The translations under genes were made by a program, and so were the position numbers. DNA of 42,805 bases. Origin: a virus. Its lineage: Duplodnaviria; Caudoviricetes. Shown in pieces: positions 1 through 7,840 of the stretch. The stretch is taken from positions 1 through 42,805 of the IMG/VR virus record IMGVR_UViG_3300017649_000112; one strand, written 5' to 3'. Under the pieces are notes generated by a model. The model was not told the origin of the DNA. It worked only from the letters and a program-made list of their open reading frames with translations, and did not search any database. Positions within the stretch are counted from its first letter, which is position 1. The number at the start of each line of letters is the position of its first letter.

Positions 1-140
1 GCGGTTAAACAAGTTTTCGCCTAGTTCGGCTGGGAGTCGGCGAGTAGTCGCCCGGCCGTGCGAATGTAAGTTGCTCGATACACACGTAGAAGCTTACGTG
101 GAAATACCGCGGGACGCGGGTTCGATTCCCGCCGCCTCCA
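1..140 (+). ncRNA. ssrA: tmRNA, 3' portion (5' part lies outside the window)
   Basis: It ends in GACGCGGGTTCGATTCCCGCCGCCTCCA, a T-arm plus Ala-type acceptor strand. Upstream is ACACACGTAGA, resembling the conserved tmRNA helix-2 3' strand. There is no D/anticodon arm at tRNA spacing. CCA is not encoded. Confidence 0.85.
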
Positions 141-1427
141 CTTTGGGGCATCGGAGTCATCCGATGCCCCTTTTTGTTGGCCAGCGTCAGAAGTTGCCAA
201 TTTTCCAGGACTTGCATCACTAAGCGTAGGGCCATCGGCGTGCCCGTCAGCGACGGCTGACGACGCCGTTTGCCCCCCAAAGTCGCCTGAAATGCTGACA
301 ATGTGCTGACAAGGATTCGGGAGGCCAGCCAGGGCTTTGGCCTGATCCTCGATGCCGATGTGGGTGTATTTCATCGTCATCTTGATGTCGGCGTGGCGGG
401 CGAGCTTCATCGCCTCCGGGAGCGTCGCCCCGTTGCGGAGCAGTCCGGTGATGTGTGTGTGGCGACCGGCGGCATGGAAGTCGGCCACGCCCTCCTTCGT
501 GACGTAGGGGATGCCGACTCGCTCTAGGTCCTTCTTGACCATCAGCCAGGTTCGCCGCCGAGCCAGTCGGGGGAACAGGGGCTCGTCCGGCTCCGTCCCC
601 GCCAGCCACTCCCGCAGCATGACCACCAGGTCCGGGTGGAGCGGCAGCGTGTCCTTGCGACGGTGCTTCGAGATGGTCGCTTCCACCGTCAGGGTGGCCG
701 GTGCGTCGTCGAGCTTGAAGCTGGCCGGCGTCAGGCTGGCCAGCTCGCTCCGCCGCAGGCCCGTCATGTACGACAGGATATAAATCCTGGCCCGCGTCTC
801 GCCGTCGAAGCACTGGATCAATTCGGTGCTGGACCGGGCCGACTGGACCAGCTTGCCGAACTCGTCCGGGCTGAGGGCTCGCCGCTGGCGACGGACGTCC
901 GTTTCGCAGTTCAGCCGGGGCAGGCCGACGACGGGGTTGGTGGCCAGCCGCCGCTTGGACACCAGCCACGAGCAGAATTGCTCGAACGCCTGGACGTAGT
1001 GGTTATAGGTCCGATGGCCGAAGTTCTTCTCCTCCCGGAGTTCTGCCAGGTAACATTCCACTGCCTCGGCCGAGATGTCGCCCAGGGTCTTGAACTCGCA
1101 GCCCTCGACCACGCGGCGGACACGGCCCATCGTCAGGCCGACGTGCTTGGCTGTGGTTCGCCGGCGGGCGAGACTCTTCTCGAACTCCTTGAGCTGGTCT
1201 TCGATGTCCGATCGTTTCCGCTTCGCGAATTCCTCCTGTTCCGGGTCGATCATCCCCATCCTTCGGAGATGGGCTTCGTGCTCCAGCTTGGCGGCGAGCT
1301 GCTCCGTCTTGGACTTGTCGGTGAAGCCTTTGACGGTCTTCCGCTCGCCGGTGTGGTCGAAGTAGTCGATGTACCACGGGGCGTGCTTCTTTTTCTTGTC
1401 ACGCCCCTTCTTGTAAATGGACGCCAC
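21..1427 (-). CDS. int: Tyrosine recombinase/integrase; frame runs through the att core and antisense into ssrA
   Basis: Catalytic motifs TGLRRSEL (R), DFHAAGRHTH (HxxxR), LARH and TMKYTH (Y), with an N-terminal arm-binding-like region. Located at the att site. Confidence 0.95.
   Translation of the reverse strand: MASIYKKGRDKKKKHAPWYIDYFDHTGERKTVKGFTDKSKTEQLAAKLEHEAHLRRMGMIDPEQEEFAKRKRSDIEDQLKEFEKSLARRRTTAKHVGLTMGRVRRVVEGCEFKTLGDISAEAVECYLAELREEKNFGHRTYNHYVQAFEQFCSWLVSKRRLATNPVVGLPRLNCETDVRRQRRALSPDEFGKLVQSARSSTELIQCFDGETRARIYILSYMTGLRRSELASLTPASFKLDDAPATLTVEATISKHRRKDTLPLHPDLVVMLREWLAGTEPDEPLFPRLARRRTWLMVKKDLERVGIPYVTKEGVADFHAAGRHTHITGLLRNGATLPEAMKLARHADIKMTMKYTHIGIEDQAKALAGLPNPCQHIVSISGDFGGQTASSAVADGHADGPTLSDASPGKLATSDAGQQKGASDDSDAPKWRRRESNPRPAVFPRKLLRVYRATYIRTAGRLLADSQPN
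121..143 (+). repeat. att core, left junction (TTCGATTCCCGCCGCCTCCACTT)
   Basis: Exact 23-bp match to 42642-42664. Confidence 0.95.
145..175 (+). terminator. Element-supplied intrinsic terminator for the restored tmRNA
   Basis: GGGGCATCGGA-GTCA-TCCGATGCCCC forms an 11-bp stem followed by TTTTT. Confidence 0.85.
293..311. promoter_or_regulatory. Putative integrase arm-type binding sites, TGCTGACA-N3-TGCTGACA
   Basis: A tandem 8-mer about 150 bp inside the left core. A near-identical pair lies at 42561-42579 inside the right core. Confidence 0.7.
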
Positions 1428-1430
1428 CAG

Positions 1431-1658
1431 TTACCTCCATTTCCATTCGGAGATGGGCGGACATCCGGCGGCGATCCATGCCTCGACTTCCTGGCGTCGC
1501 CATCGGACGCAGGTGCCAATCCTGACCGGCTCGATCATTTCCCCGCTGCTCAGCCGTCGCCAGACGGAGCGGGGTGAGATGTCGAGCATTGTCGCCAGGA
1601 CATCGACGGAGATCAGTAGAGATTCCGCTTCGGGTTTAGTGACTGTTGTTACTTCCAT
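1431..1658 (-). CDS. AlpA/excisionase-like HTH protein
   Basis: 75 aa containing LATMLDISPRSVWR...PVRIGTCVRWRRQEVEAWI, directly upstream of int. Confidence 0.9.
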   Translation of the reverse strand: MEVTTVTKPEAESLLISVDVLATMLDISPRSVWRRLSSGEMIEPVRIGTCVRWRRQEVEAWIAAGCPPISEWKWR

Positions 1659-1724
1659 CAGGTGTTATTCCTCTCGGTTCGGTGTTGGGTTTGGCGGGCA
1701 CCGCTCAGTCGACGCAGTGCCGCC

Positions 1725-2249
1725 CTATATCTTTTGTGCGCCCGAGGCAGAGCGTGCCCCCCTACCGCGTTTGGTAGTCGGCGGCAGCACGAGTTGGTCG
1801 AGCGGAGCCTTGAGATCGCAGTCGGGATAGCCCGGCACCAGGAGCTTGAGCACCGGGTCGAGCCGTCGTTTGGAATAGCGGTGGATTCGCAGGGCCTTCC
1901 TGATGGACCAGGACAGGGCCGCACAGTTGCATAGATGCACGCCGACGGGCAGGTCCGTTTGTGGGGCGTACTCGACCAGCATCGCCCAGATTGGGTCGCC
2001 GCCGCCGTCGAAGTATTCGACGTGACTGAGTTCCCGGACGCCGGCCCTCTGAAAGAATTGCCTCAGCAGCCTTTGAAACCTCCCTGTGAAGCCGTCAGGC
2101 AGCCACAGGTCGCCGAAGACGAGGGCCGTGTTTGGGAGGACGCTGCGAGGTGACCAGAGCAGTACGGTCTCGGCGGAGCCGGAGAAGTATTCGTCGATCA
2201 GGCTGGCCCCTTCGAGGGCAATTTCGTCGTAGTTGATGAGTTGGGTCAT
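1725..2249 (-). CDS. Hypothetical protein
   Basis: ORF with an AAGGA RBS before MTQLINY, co-oriented with xis-int. Confidence 0.6.
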   Translation of the reverse strand: MTQLINYDEIALEGASLIDEYFSGSAETVLLWSPRSVLPNTALVFGDLWLPDGFTGRFQRLLRQFFQRAGVRELSHVEYFDGGGDPIWAMLVEYAPQTDLPVGVHLCNCAALSWSIRKALRIHRYSKRRLDPVLKLLVPGYPDCDLKAPLDQLVLPPTTKRGRGARSASGAQKI

Positions 2250-2296
2250 TGCATTGTTCCTTGGCTGGAATCTGGTTGTCCTGAATTTGGTGTAGA

Positions 2297-2737
2297 TCAC
2301 TTCCGCTTCCGCTGCTGCTGAAGGCGGGTGTGCATGGTCAGCGTGCTCCGCAAGAAGGAAGCGGCGAGTTCGGGGTCAGGGCAGGTGGCGACTTGGACGA
2401 AATCTTCGACGATCCGGCATGCCCGAACGAGCTTGTTCAGCTCCTCGGACTGGTACGAGTCTACGATGGCGACGTAGAGCCGCCCGCGGCTCCCTTGTGC
2501 CAGGATGGGAATGCGACGATCCGCCAGGACGGAGGTCAGAACCTGAATCTGGCACTGGGCACATTTCTCATCCGTGGCGGTCCAGAGATAGATCATCGCC
2601 ACGTCTTCCTCTCGTTCTTCGGTACCGGCTGGCCGCCACGCCGTCGCTCCGCAGGATTGGTCCGGGAAGATTTCCGGGATGATGTCGAAGGCCCGGTCGA
2701 GCAGGGATTCCCAGTTGAGTTTCTTCGCCGTTGTCAT
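2297..2737 (-). CDS. Hypothetical protein
   Basis: AAGGAG RBS before MTTAKK. First gene of the apparent xis-int operon. Confidence 0.65.
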   Translation of the reverse strand: MTTAKKLNWESLLDRAFDIIPEIFPDQSCGATAWRPAGTEEREEDVAMIYLWTATDEKCAQCQIQVLTSVLADRRIPILAQGSRGRLYVAIVDSYQSEELNKLVRACRIVEDFVQVATCPDPELAASFLRSTLTMHTRLQQQRKRK

Positions 2738-3093
2738 GTCAGGTCTCCTTGTAGAGTGGTTGGGTTTGCTACTCGCACTCACGATCGCCGGCCGGCTTGA
2801 TGCTGAGCACGGTGGGTCCTGGTTCAGGACTGTCATTGGCAGTTTAGGAATGGCCTCGGTCCTGAAAATTCAGGGTGACGTAGAGATTGGCTGGCTGGCA
2901 ATTTCGGGACGGATTTGGCATCGGATTAAATGCCAGCCGATCGTCCCTAGAGCGGATGTACAGTATCTGGCGAAAAAGAATTCCCCCCAAAAAAAGAAAG
3001 CGGCTCTCGCCGCTTCTTGGACACTCGGGTTTTGAGAAACGCCCTGATTCTGCCGGTCAGCCGGACGTTTCAGACGAGGTTTTGACGTGATTT

Positions 3094-3822
3094 CTAGGGG
3101 ATCTGGGGGCACACCGGAACGAAGAGGTCATACACGTGGCCGTTGAGAGGGCAATGGCGATTCCAGCCGATATGGCCTTTCACCTCCTCGATCCCCGGCC
3201 GCCACTGCTCTCGGTCGATCGGGCAGTAAACGTCACAGTTCCGGGGAAAGAGGTCGCCGGTGAAGTAGAGGAAGACCAGCTTGATGGGTATGTCGTGGGT
3301 GTGGAGGAAATGGGTGACGGTGAGCCGGTTGCAGTACTGATAGTAAGGCGACAACCACGCCGTGGGATTGACGATCAGAGCCAGGTCTTGTTGGGTGCGG
3401 CGGAACGTCTCCTCGATGAGGGCGAGGCTGCGACCGCCTGCGGCACAGGTGCTGCGGAGTTCGGCCAGGTGACTCTTGGCTTCGACGAGCAGCCAGTGCT
3501 GGATGCCCTTGCACTCGATCAGCCCCACCGCATCCCAGGTCGGCGGCGTGCCGGTCTGAGGCCAGAAGCTCCGCCACGCGGACGCCAGCCTTTGTCGTTC
3601 GTGCTTGGGCAGAAACTCCAGCCCCTTAAGTTCCGCGTCCAGGAACCGGGGCGGCTCTTTGTTGATGGCGTCGGGGGACTGCGTAAAGCCCCAGTTCAAC
3701 CAGTTCACCATGCGGCTGTTGGGGATCAGGGCTTCGATGCGGTCGGAGAGGTCCCGGTTGTGGTAGGCTAGGTATCTCATCAGGTGCCATTCGCTGCCGT
3801 AGCCGAATCCGATCCTGCTCAT
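3094..3822 (-). CDS. Putative PD-(D/E)XK nuclease-like protein
   Basis: PTWDAVG...LLVEAKSH pattern and YQYCNRL helix. Start chosen at MSRIGFG, which has an RBS. Confidence 0.55.
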   Translation of the reverse strand: MSRIGFGYGSEWHLMRYLAYHNRDLSDRIEALIPNSRMVNWLNWGFTQSPDAINKEPPRFLDAELKGLEFLPKHERQRLASAWRSFWPQTGTPPTWDAVGLIECKGIQHWLLVEAKSHLAELRSTCAAGGRSLALIEETFRRTQQDLALIVNPTAWLSPYYQYCNRLTVTHFLHTHDIPIKLVFLYFTGDLFPRNCDVYCPIDREQWRPGIEEVKGHIGWNRHCPLNGHVYDLFVPVCPQIP

Positions 3823-3932
3823 GCCGTTCGTCCTTGGTCCTGGGGTTCGCACCGCTGATAAGAAAACGCGGGCCGGAGTATTCCGGTCCGCGGTGGTGTG
3901 GCTGAGGAAGTTGTGGAGGACGACGATCCTCG

Positions 3933-4484
3933 CTACTGGTTCACGCCCAGGATCGACCATTTGTCGTCGTTGAGCGGCGGGTAGACGCTGTATCTCTTGT
4001 TCTTCTTGATCTCCTCACCTGCGTTGTTCGTGTGCGTCAGCGTTACCACGAATTCCAGCCAGGACGTTGGCTTGCCGTCGGGGCTTTTGCCTTCTTTGGC
4101 TCGGGATTGGCCGATGTCGTAGTTGATGAGGATGTGCCGATGAGCGATCCAGTCCAAGTCACTGACGTTGAGGTCCGGGTGACTCTTCTCGAAGTCCTGG
4201 TATGAGTCGCCGAACTTCCACGCATCCAGGAAGGTCTTGAGATGCGTTGTGGCGAGTTCTTCCGTCGTTGGCTCCTGCTTTTGCGGCGGATTGAGAGCTG
4301 CATTCGGGGCCGGGGCGACGGCGGGCTGGACTGCGGCAGCGGGCTGAGCGGCCGCCGGAGGCTCATTCGCCTGTGCGGCCTTCGCCGCCTCGTTCTGTGT
4401 GCCTTCGCTGCAACCCGCCAAGATGATCATGAGGGCGGCTGCCCTCAGCAGTGAAGCTGAGGTTTTGGGTCGTCTGTTCGCCAT
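3933..4484 (-). CDS. Lipoprotein of unknown function
   Basis: Basic N-terminus, hydrophobic stretch, lipobox LAGC, Ala/Pro linker and a small globular domain. Confidence 0.75.
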   Translation of the reverse strand: MANRRPKTSASLLRAAALMIILAGCSEGTQNEAAKAAQANEPPAAAQPAAAVQPAVAPAPNAALNPPQKQEPTTEELATTHLKTFLDAWKFGDSYQDFEKSHPDLNVSDLDWIAHRHILINYDIGQSRAKEGKSPDGKPTSWLEFVVTLTHTNNAGEEIKKNKRYSVYPPLNDDKWSILGVNQ

Positions 4485-4583
4485 CGTGTACCTTTCGTTC
4501 TGATGAATGTTGAGAAACTCTGCCGCCCTTACCTTCCGCCTCGGGACTGCTCTGGCTGGTGATCGTGACTATTGTGATGATCC

Positions 4584-4607
4584 ACCGGGACCACGATGGG
4601 TCCGGGT
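4584..4607 (-). promoter_or_regulatory. Putative WYL-regulator operator/promoter, copy A
   Basis: ACCGGGACCACGATGGGTCCGGGT, 22/24 identical to 30066-30089, with a GGACC-N6-GGTCC dyad. On the minus strand CACAAT follows GGTCCC after 10 nt. Confidence 0.6.
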
Positions 4608-4646
4608 CACTTGGAGAATTCTGGAGCCGGGAACCGCGTCGGGTGC

Positions 4647-5093
4647 TCACTGAGAATGCCAACCGCGGAGTTGTTCCGTCGGGGCGTTCTTTCGGGCCAG
4701 GAACTCCTCGAACGTGCTCCAGGGTTGATGACGAGTGGTGCCGGCGTCGGGCTTACGGCAGACGCAACGGTAACGGGACTGGAGGGTCTGGAGCTTGGCG
4801 GAGAGGACGTAGAAGACTTCGCCCTGACGGTCGATGATGGTCGAGCCGCCGGTCGGACCGATGCCATTCAGGCCCTTCTCCCAGAGGTGCCAGACGATGG
4901 CGTCGGCTGGTGCGGCGAGGTCGCGGACGAGTTCTCGCTCGCGGCGGAGGGCGTGAGGGACAAAGAGGAATTGGATGCCGGGGAGCCGACGTGTGGTTGG
5001 GTCGGGCGGGGGCTGGTACTGGAGGATGACCGGCTCGATGCCGTCCACGAAGAGATGATCGTCGGCCAGGAGGTCGTGGAGCGGCGTGGTCAT
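4647..5093 (-). CDS. Putative head-closure/head-tail adaptor protein
   Basis: 148 aa, beta-rich, directly after the gpW-like gene at the end of the head module. Call is mainly positional. Confidence 0.45.
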   Translation of the reverse strand: MTTPLHDLLADDHLFVDGIEPVILQYQPPPDPTTRRLPGIQFLFVPHALRRERELVRDLAAPADAIVWHLWEKGLNGIGPTGGSTIIDRQGEVFYVLSAKLQTLQSRYRCVCRKPDAGTTRHQPWSTFEEFLARKNAPTEQLRGWHSQ

Positions 5094-5094
5094 T

Positions 5095-5325
5095 TCAGGT
5101 CGTGCCTCTACTGCGGAGTTCGTAGGGGCCGAACTCGGGATCGCCGTTGGCCCGGAGCTGCTCTCGCAGCTTCTCGATCTGGTCCAGCAGTGAGCGGAGG
5201 AACGACTCGTGGCTCACGGACTGCCCGTCAATCGAGTAGCTCGGCTTCGGGTTGGCGGTGGCTTCGGCGTACTTGGCTGTGAGGTTCTCGTACGCTTGCC
5301 GGAGATTGTCCAGGACCGTGGGCAT
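5095..5325 (-). CDS. gpW-like head-completion protein
   Basis: 76 aa helix-hairpin-helix pattern with SYSIDGQSVS, typical of lambda gpW-like proteins. Confidence 0.65.
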   Translation of the reverse strand: MPTVLDNLRQAYENLTAKYAEATANPKPSYSIDGQSVSHESFLRSLLDQIEKLREQLRANGDPEFGPYELRSRGTT

Positions 5326-5328
5326 GAA

Positions 5329-5547
5329 TTACTCGCTGACTGGGGAGACCTGGGTCACGGTAGGCTCGTGCGGTGAGGCGATGATGCCCATCTGTTGCTT
5401 GTAGCGGTGGATCGCGTCGGCCTCACTGACCGCTTGGATGGTCAGGGGTTTGTTGCCGGGGATGTGGACTTCGTAGGGGTGCAGAGACAGCTCGGCGGCC
5501 TTGGTTACTGTTGACGGGGACGGCGGTGTGGTCTTGGCTTCGGCCAT
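5329..5547 (-). CDS. Small hypothetical protein in the head module
   Basis: ORF MAEAKTT... ends 3 nt before the gpW-like start. Confidence 0.55.
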   Translation of the reverse strand: MAEAKTTPPSPSTVTKAAELSLHPYEVHIPGNKPLTIQAVSEADAIHRYKQQMGIIASPHEPTVTQVSPVSE

Positions 5548-5754
5548 GATCGGAGACCTTTGCTGCGAGAGGGAGAGATTCAGGGCAGATGATGTCGTGA
5601 GGCGTTGTGGTTTGTCGGTGCCTCGGCCCGACGGCAGTTTGGGACGAGCCCGCCGGTGCTCGGTTGCCCTGGTCTGCTCCCGTCGATCACCCAATCGCTC
5701 GTCTGTCCCGATGATGCGGGACGATGCCGGCAGTGTTGTCGGGGTTGTTGAGCC

Positions 5755-6606
5755 TCAGACCAACAGGATTTCGACGTTGGCCAGGGCTGCGGCGACTTTC
5801 TCGCTCAGGTCGGGCGACAGGGTGAAGGTGGTGGGAAGTTTAATGACCTTCGCCGGCACCATGATGGGCGACTTCGGCTGCGGGGCGGCCATGTTGAGGT
5901 CGTGCCGGAGAGATTCCTGGCGGTAGACGGATTCGAAGTCCTCGACGTTGATCCGGTAGGCCTTCTGCTGCCAGTAGTACGGCAGTACGAACGAGTTGCG
6001 GAGGTGGATCAGGTTGGAGCGTTGCGGCCAGCCGGAGGGTGGCGTTCGTTTGCCCTGCGTGAGCTGGATGGCCCAGAGGCCGGTGTGGCAGCGGCCGTTG
6101 CAGCGGAAGCCGACGATGGTGCTCAGGCCCCATGTCTCGTCGTGCTCGTAGACGATCCACTGGAAGCCCTCGTTGGCCAGGTTGACGAGCAGCTCCTCCG
6201 GGAGCGTGTCACGGACACGAAAGACCGGAACATCCCTCGGCCAGACGGACAGGCTGGAGCGAACGAGTTGGGTGGGCGAAGTGGGTGCAGGCGGCGAGTC
6301 CGGTGGGGTTAGGGTTGGCGTGGCCGGGGCTGGCTCCGATTCGGGTGGTTGCAACTCGGGTGGTTGCGATGGCGGTGGTTCTGGCTCGGTTGTCGCCTGT
6401 GCCGGGACGTGCAGGGCGGCGGCGAAGGCCCGAACCGGTTCCGGTAGGACCAAGTCCTGAGGGAGTTGTGGCTCGGCGGTTGGATCGCCGATGCTAGGTG
6501 GTCTCGATGAAGCAGCAAGCGTGCTGATCGGGGAGAGTTCCAGGGCGGTCGTGCGACGCTCGCACTCGAACCGAAGGTCCGGGAGGAAGATGACGTACTG
6601 ATCCAT
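5755..6606 (-). CDS. Hypothetical protein with Pro-rich N-terminal region
   Basis: 283-aa ORF with an RBS and a globular aromatic-rich C-terminal half. Confidence 0.6.
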   Translation of the reverse strand: MDQYVIFLPDLRFECERRTTALELSPISTLAASSRPPSIGDPTAEPQLPQDLVLPEPVRAFAAALHVPAQATTEPEPPPSQPPELQPPESEPAPATPTLTPPDSPPAPTSPTQLVRSSLSVWPRDVPVFRVRDTLPEELLVNLANEGFQWIVYEHDETWGLSTIVGFRCNGRCHTGLWAIQLTQGKRTPPSGWPQRSNLIHLRNSFVLPYYWQQKAYRINVEDFESVYRQESLRHDLNMAAPQPKSPIMVPAKVIKLPTTFTLSPDLSEKVAAALANVEILLV

Positions 6607-7000
6607 TAGGGTTCCCTTTCTCGGGCCGGGGAGACTGCACCGATCCGGGGCCCTGCCGTGGCTCGGTGGCTGACAGCGGTAATCAAGGAGCTTTCGAGGC
6701 CGACACCTACGTCTCTTGGATTCCTCACTGGCAGCGAAGGACCGAAACTCAGAGCGGTCATCCTGCGGGGCTTCGCTGTGATGAGTGAGTTGTGTAGTGC
6801 AAGCTTCTACTCGGCGTGGTCGTGCGGTTCTCGTTGCCGATGAACGAGGACTACCAGCGAGCAGGTGACGCAGGTCGTTGAAGCGTGGGAAGGAATTGGA
6901 TGAAGCCGGGACTTTTGATCTTGAGCTTCCAGGGTTGTCATGTGTGACAACCCTTTACCGGTCAGCTCCCGTGCCGCAGAGAGACACTGACAAAGAAGTG

Positions 7001-7636
7001 TCAGACCAGGAGCGGAGCCCCCTGACAGCTCCGACAACGGCATCGCAGATCGTCCGTGAACGGGCCGGGGACGTTCGGATTGGGGAGCGGGACGTTCGGA
7101 CGATGGGTCGCGTAGAAGACATTGACCACGATGGCGGCTTCGACTTCCGTTGGGAATGTCCCCAGGTATTGTTTCGTCCCGTCGAACCGGGCAGTCGCCA
7201 GCCACTTACGTGATTTCTCACTCCAGCACACGCCCTTGAACTCGGACGTGGGAACTTTGCCGTGGCTGTTCCGGGTGAACTTGGCTCGTCGGGCGGCCTT
7301 TTGGGTTGACGTGATGACGATCAGGTTGTCCCGGCAGTTGTTGAGTGGATTGCCGTCGCCGAAGGTGACGATCAGAGGCCAGGCTGGCTTGGGGACTCCG
7401 TACAACGACAAGACGAAGTGTTGCAGAGGGGTGACTGGACCAGGGTGGGACGTGGCGACGAACTTCACCATCGGCTGTCCGTCGGCTCGCACGCCCCGCA
7501 GCAGATACCAACGGTGTCGATCGACTTCCGGGAAGACTGTGTCATCCACGATGGCGTAGAGGTCCGGAATCTCACGGAGAGTTTGGGAACGTCCTTCTCC
7601 CGAGACTCGTTCCCAGAGGCTGACTTGTCTTGGCAT
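7001..7636 (-). CDS. HNH-AP2 endonuclease-like protein, paralog 1 (catalytic His apparently lost)
   Basis: VTFGDGNPLNNCRDNL (HNH_3-like, His replaced), AP2 motif FKGVCW...YLGTFPTEVEAA, and C-terminal CxCxxC. Confidence 0.8.
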   Translation of the reverse strand: MPRQVSLWERVSGEGRSQTLREIPDLYAIVDDTVFPEVDRHRWYLLRGVRADGQPMVKFVATSHPGPVTPLQHFVLSLYGVPKPAWPLIVTFGDGNPLNNCRDNLIVITSTQKAARRAKFTRNSHGKVPTSEFKGVCWSEKSRKWLATARFDGTKQYLGTFPTEVEAAIVVNVFYATHRPNVPLPNPNVPGPFTDDLRCRCRSCQGAPLLV

Positions 7637-7840
7637 GGGCTTCTCCTTTCGATCCTCCTTACTCGCCGGGATTCATCCTGACTCCACCGTTGTTTTCGTG
7701 GCCTCTGCTTCGGAGCAGCTCTGGAGAACCTCGGTCGGACCAAAGGAAATGGCCGGCCGCCATTGCCCAGGAGTAGAGCCTAACTCCCAAGCAAGGCGAC
7801 CGGCCGCATCACGGCCGATCTCCCCGGAAAGACCGTGATG

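Noticed and set aside
60-143. tRNA gene
   Set aside because: A T-arm and acceptor 3' strand are present, but there is no matching 5' acceptor strand, D arm or anticodon arm at tRNA distance. The context fits tmRNA.
5640-5710. Possible stem-loop upstream of the 5329-5547 gene
   Set aside because: The short GC-rich stems (GACGAGC/GCTCGTC) could arise by chance, and there is no further support.
6724-6789. Hammerhead ribozyme
   Set aside because: GAAA is present, but the CUGANGA core is not intact or correctly placed.
7067-7100. Short direct repeat GGGACGTTCGGA
   Set aside because: It simply encodes PNVP twice within a protein linker.
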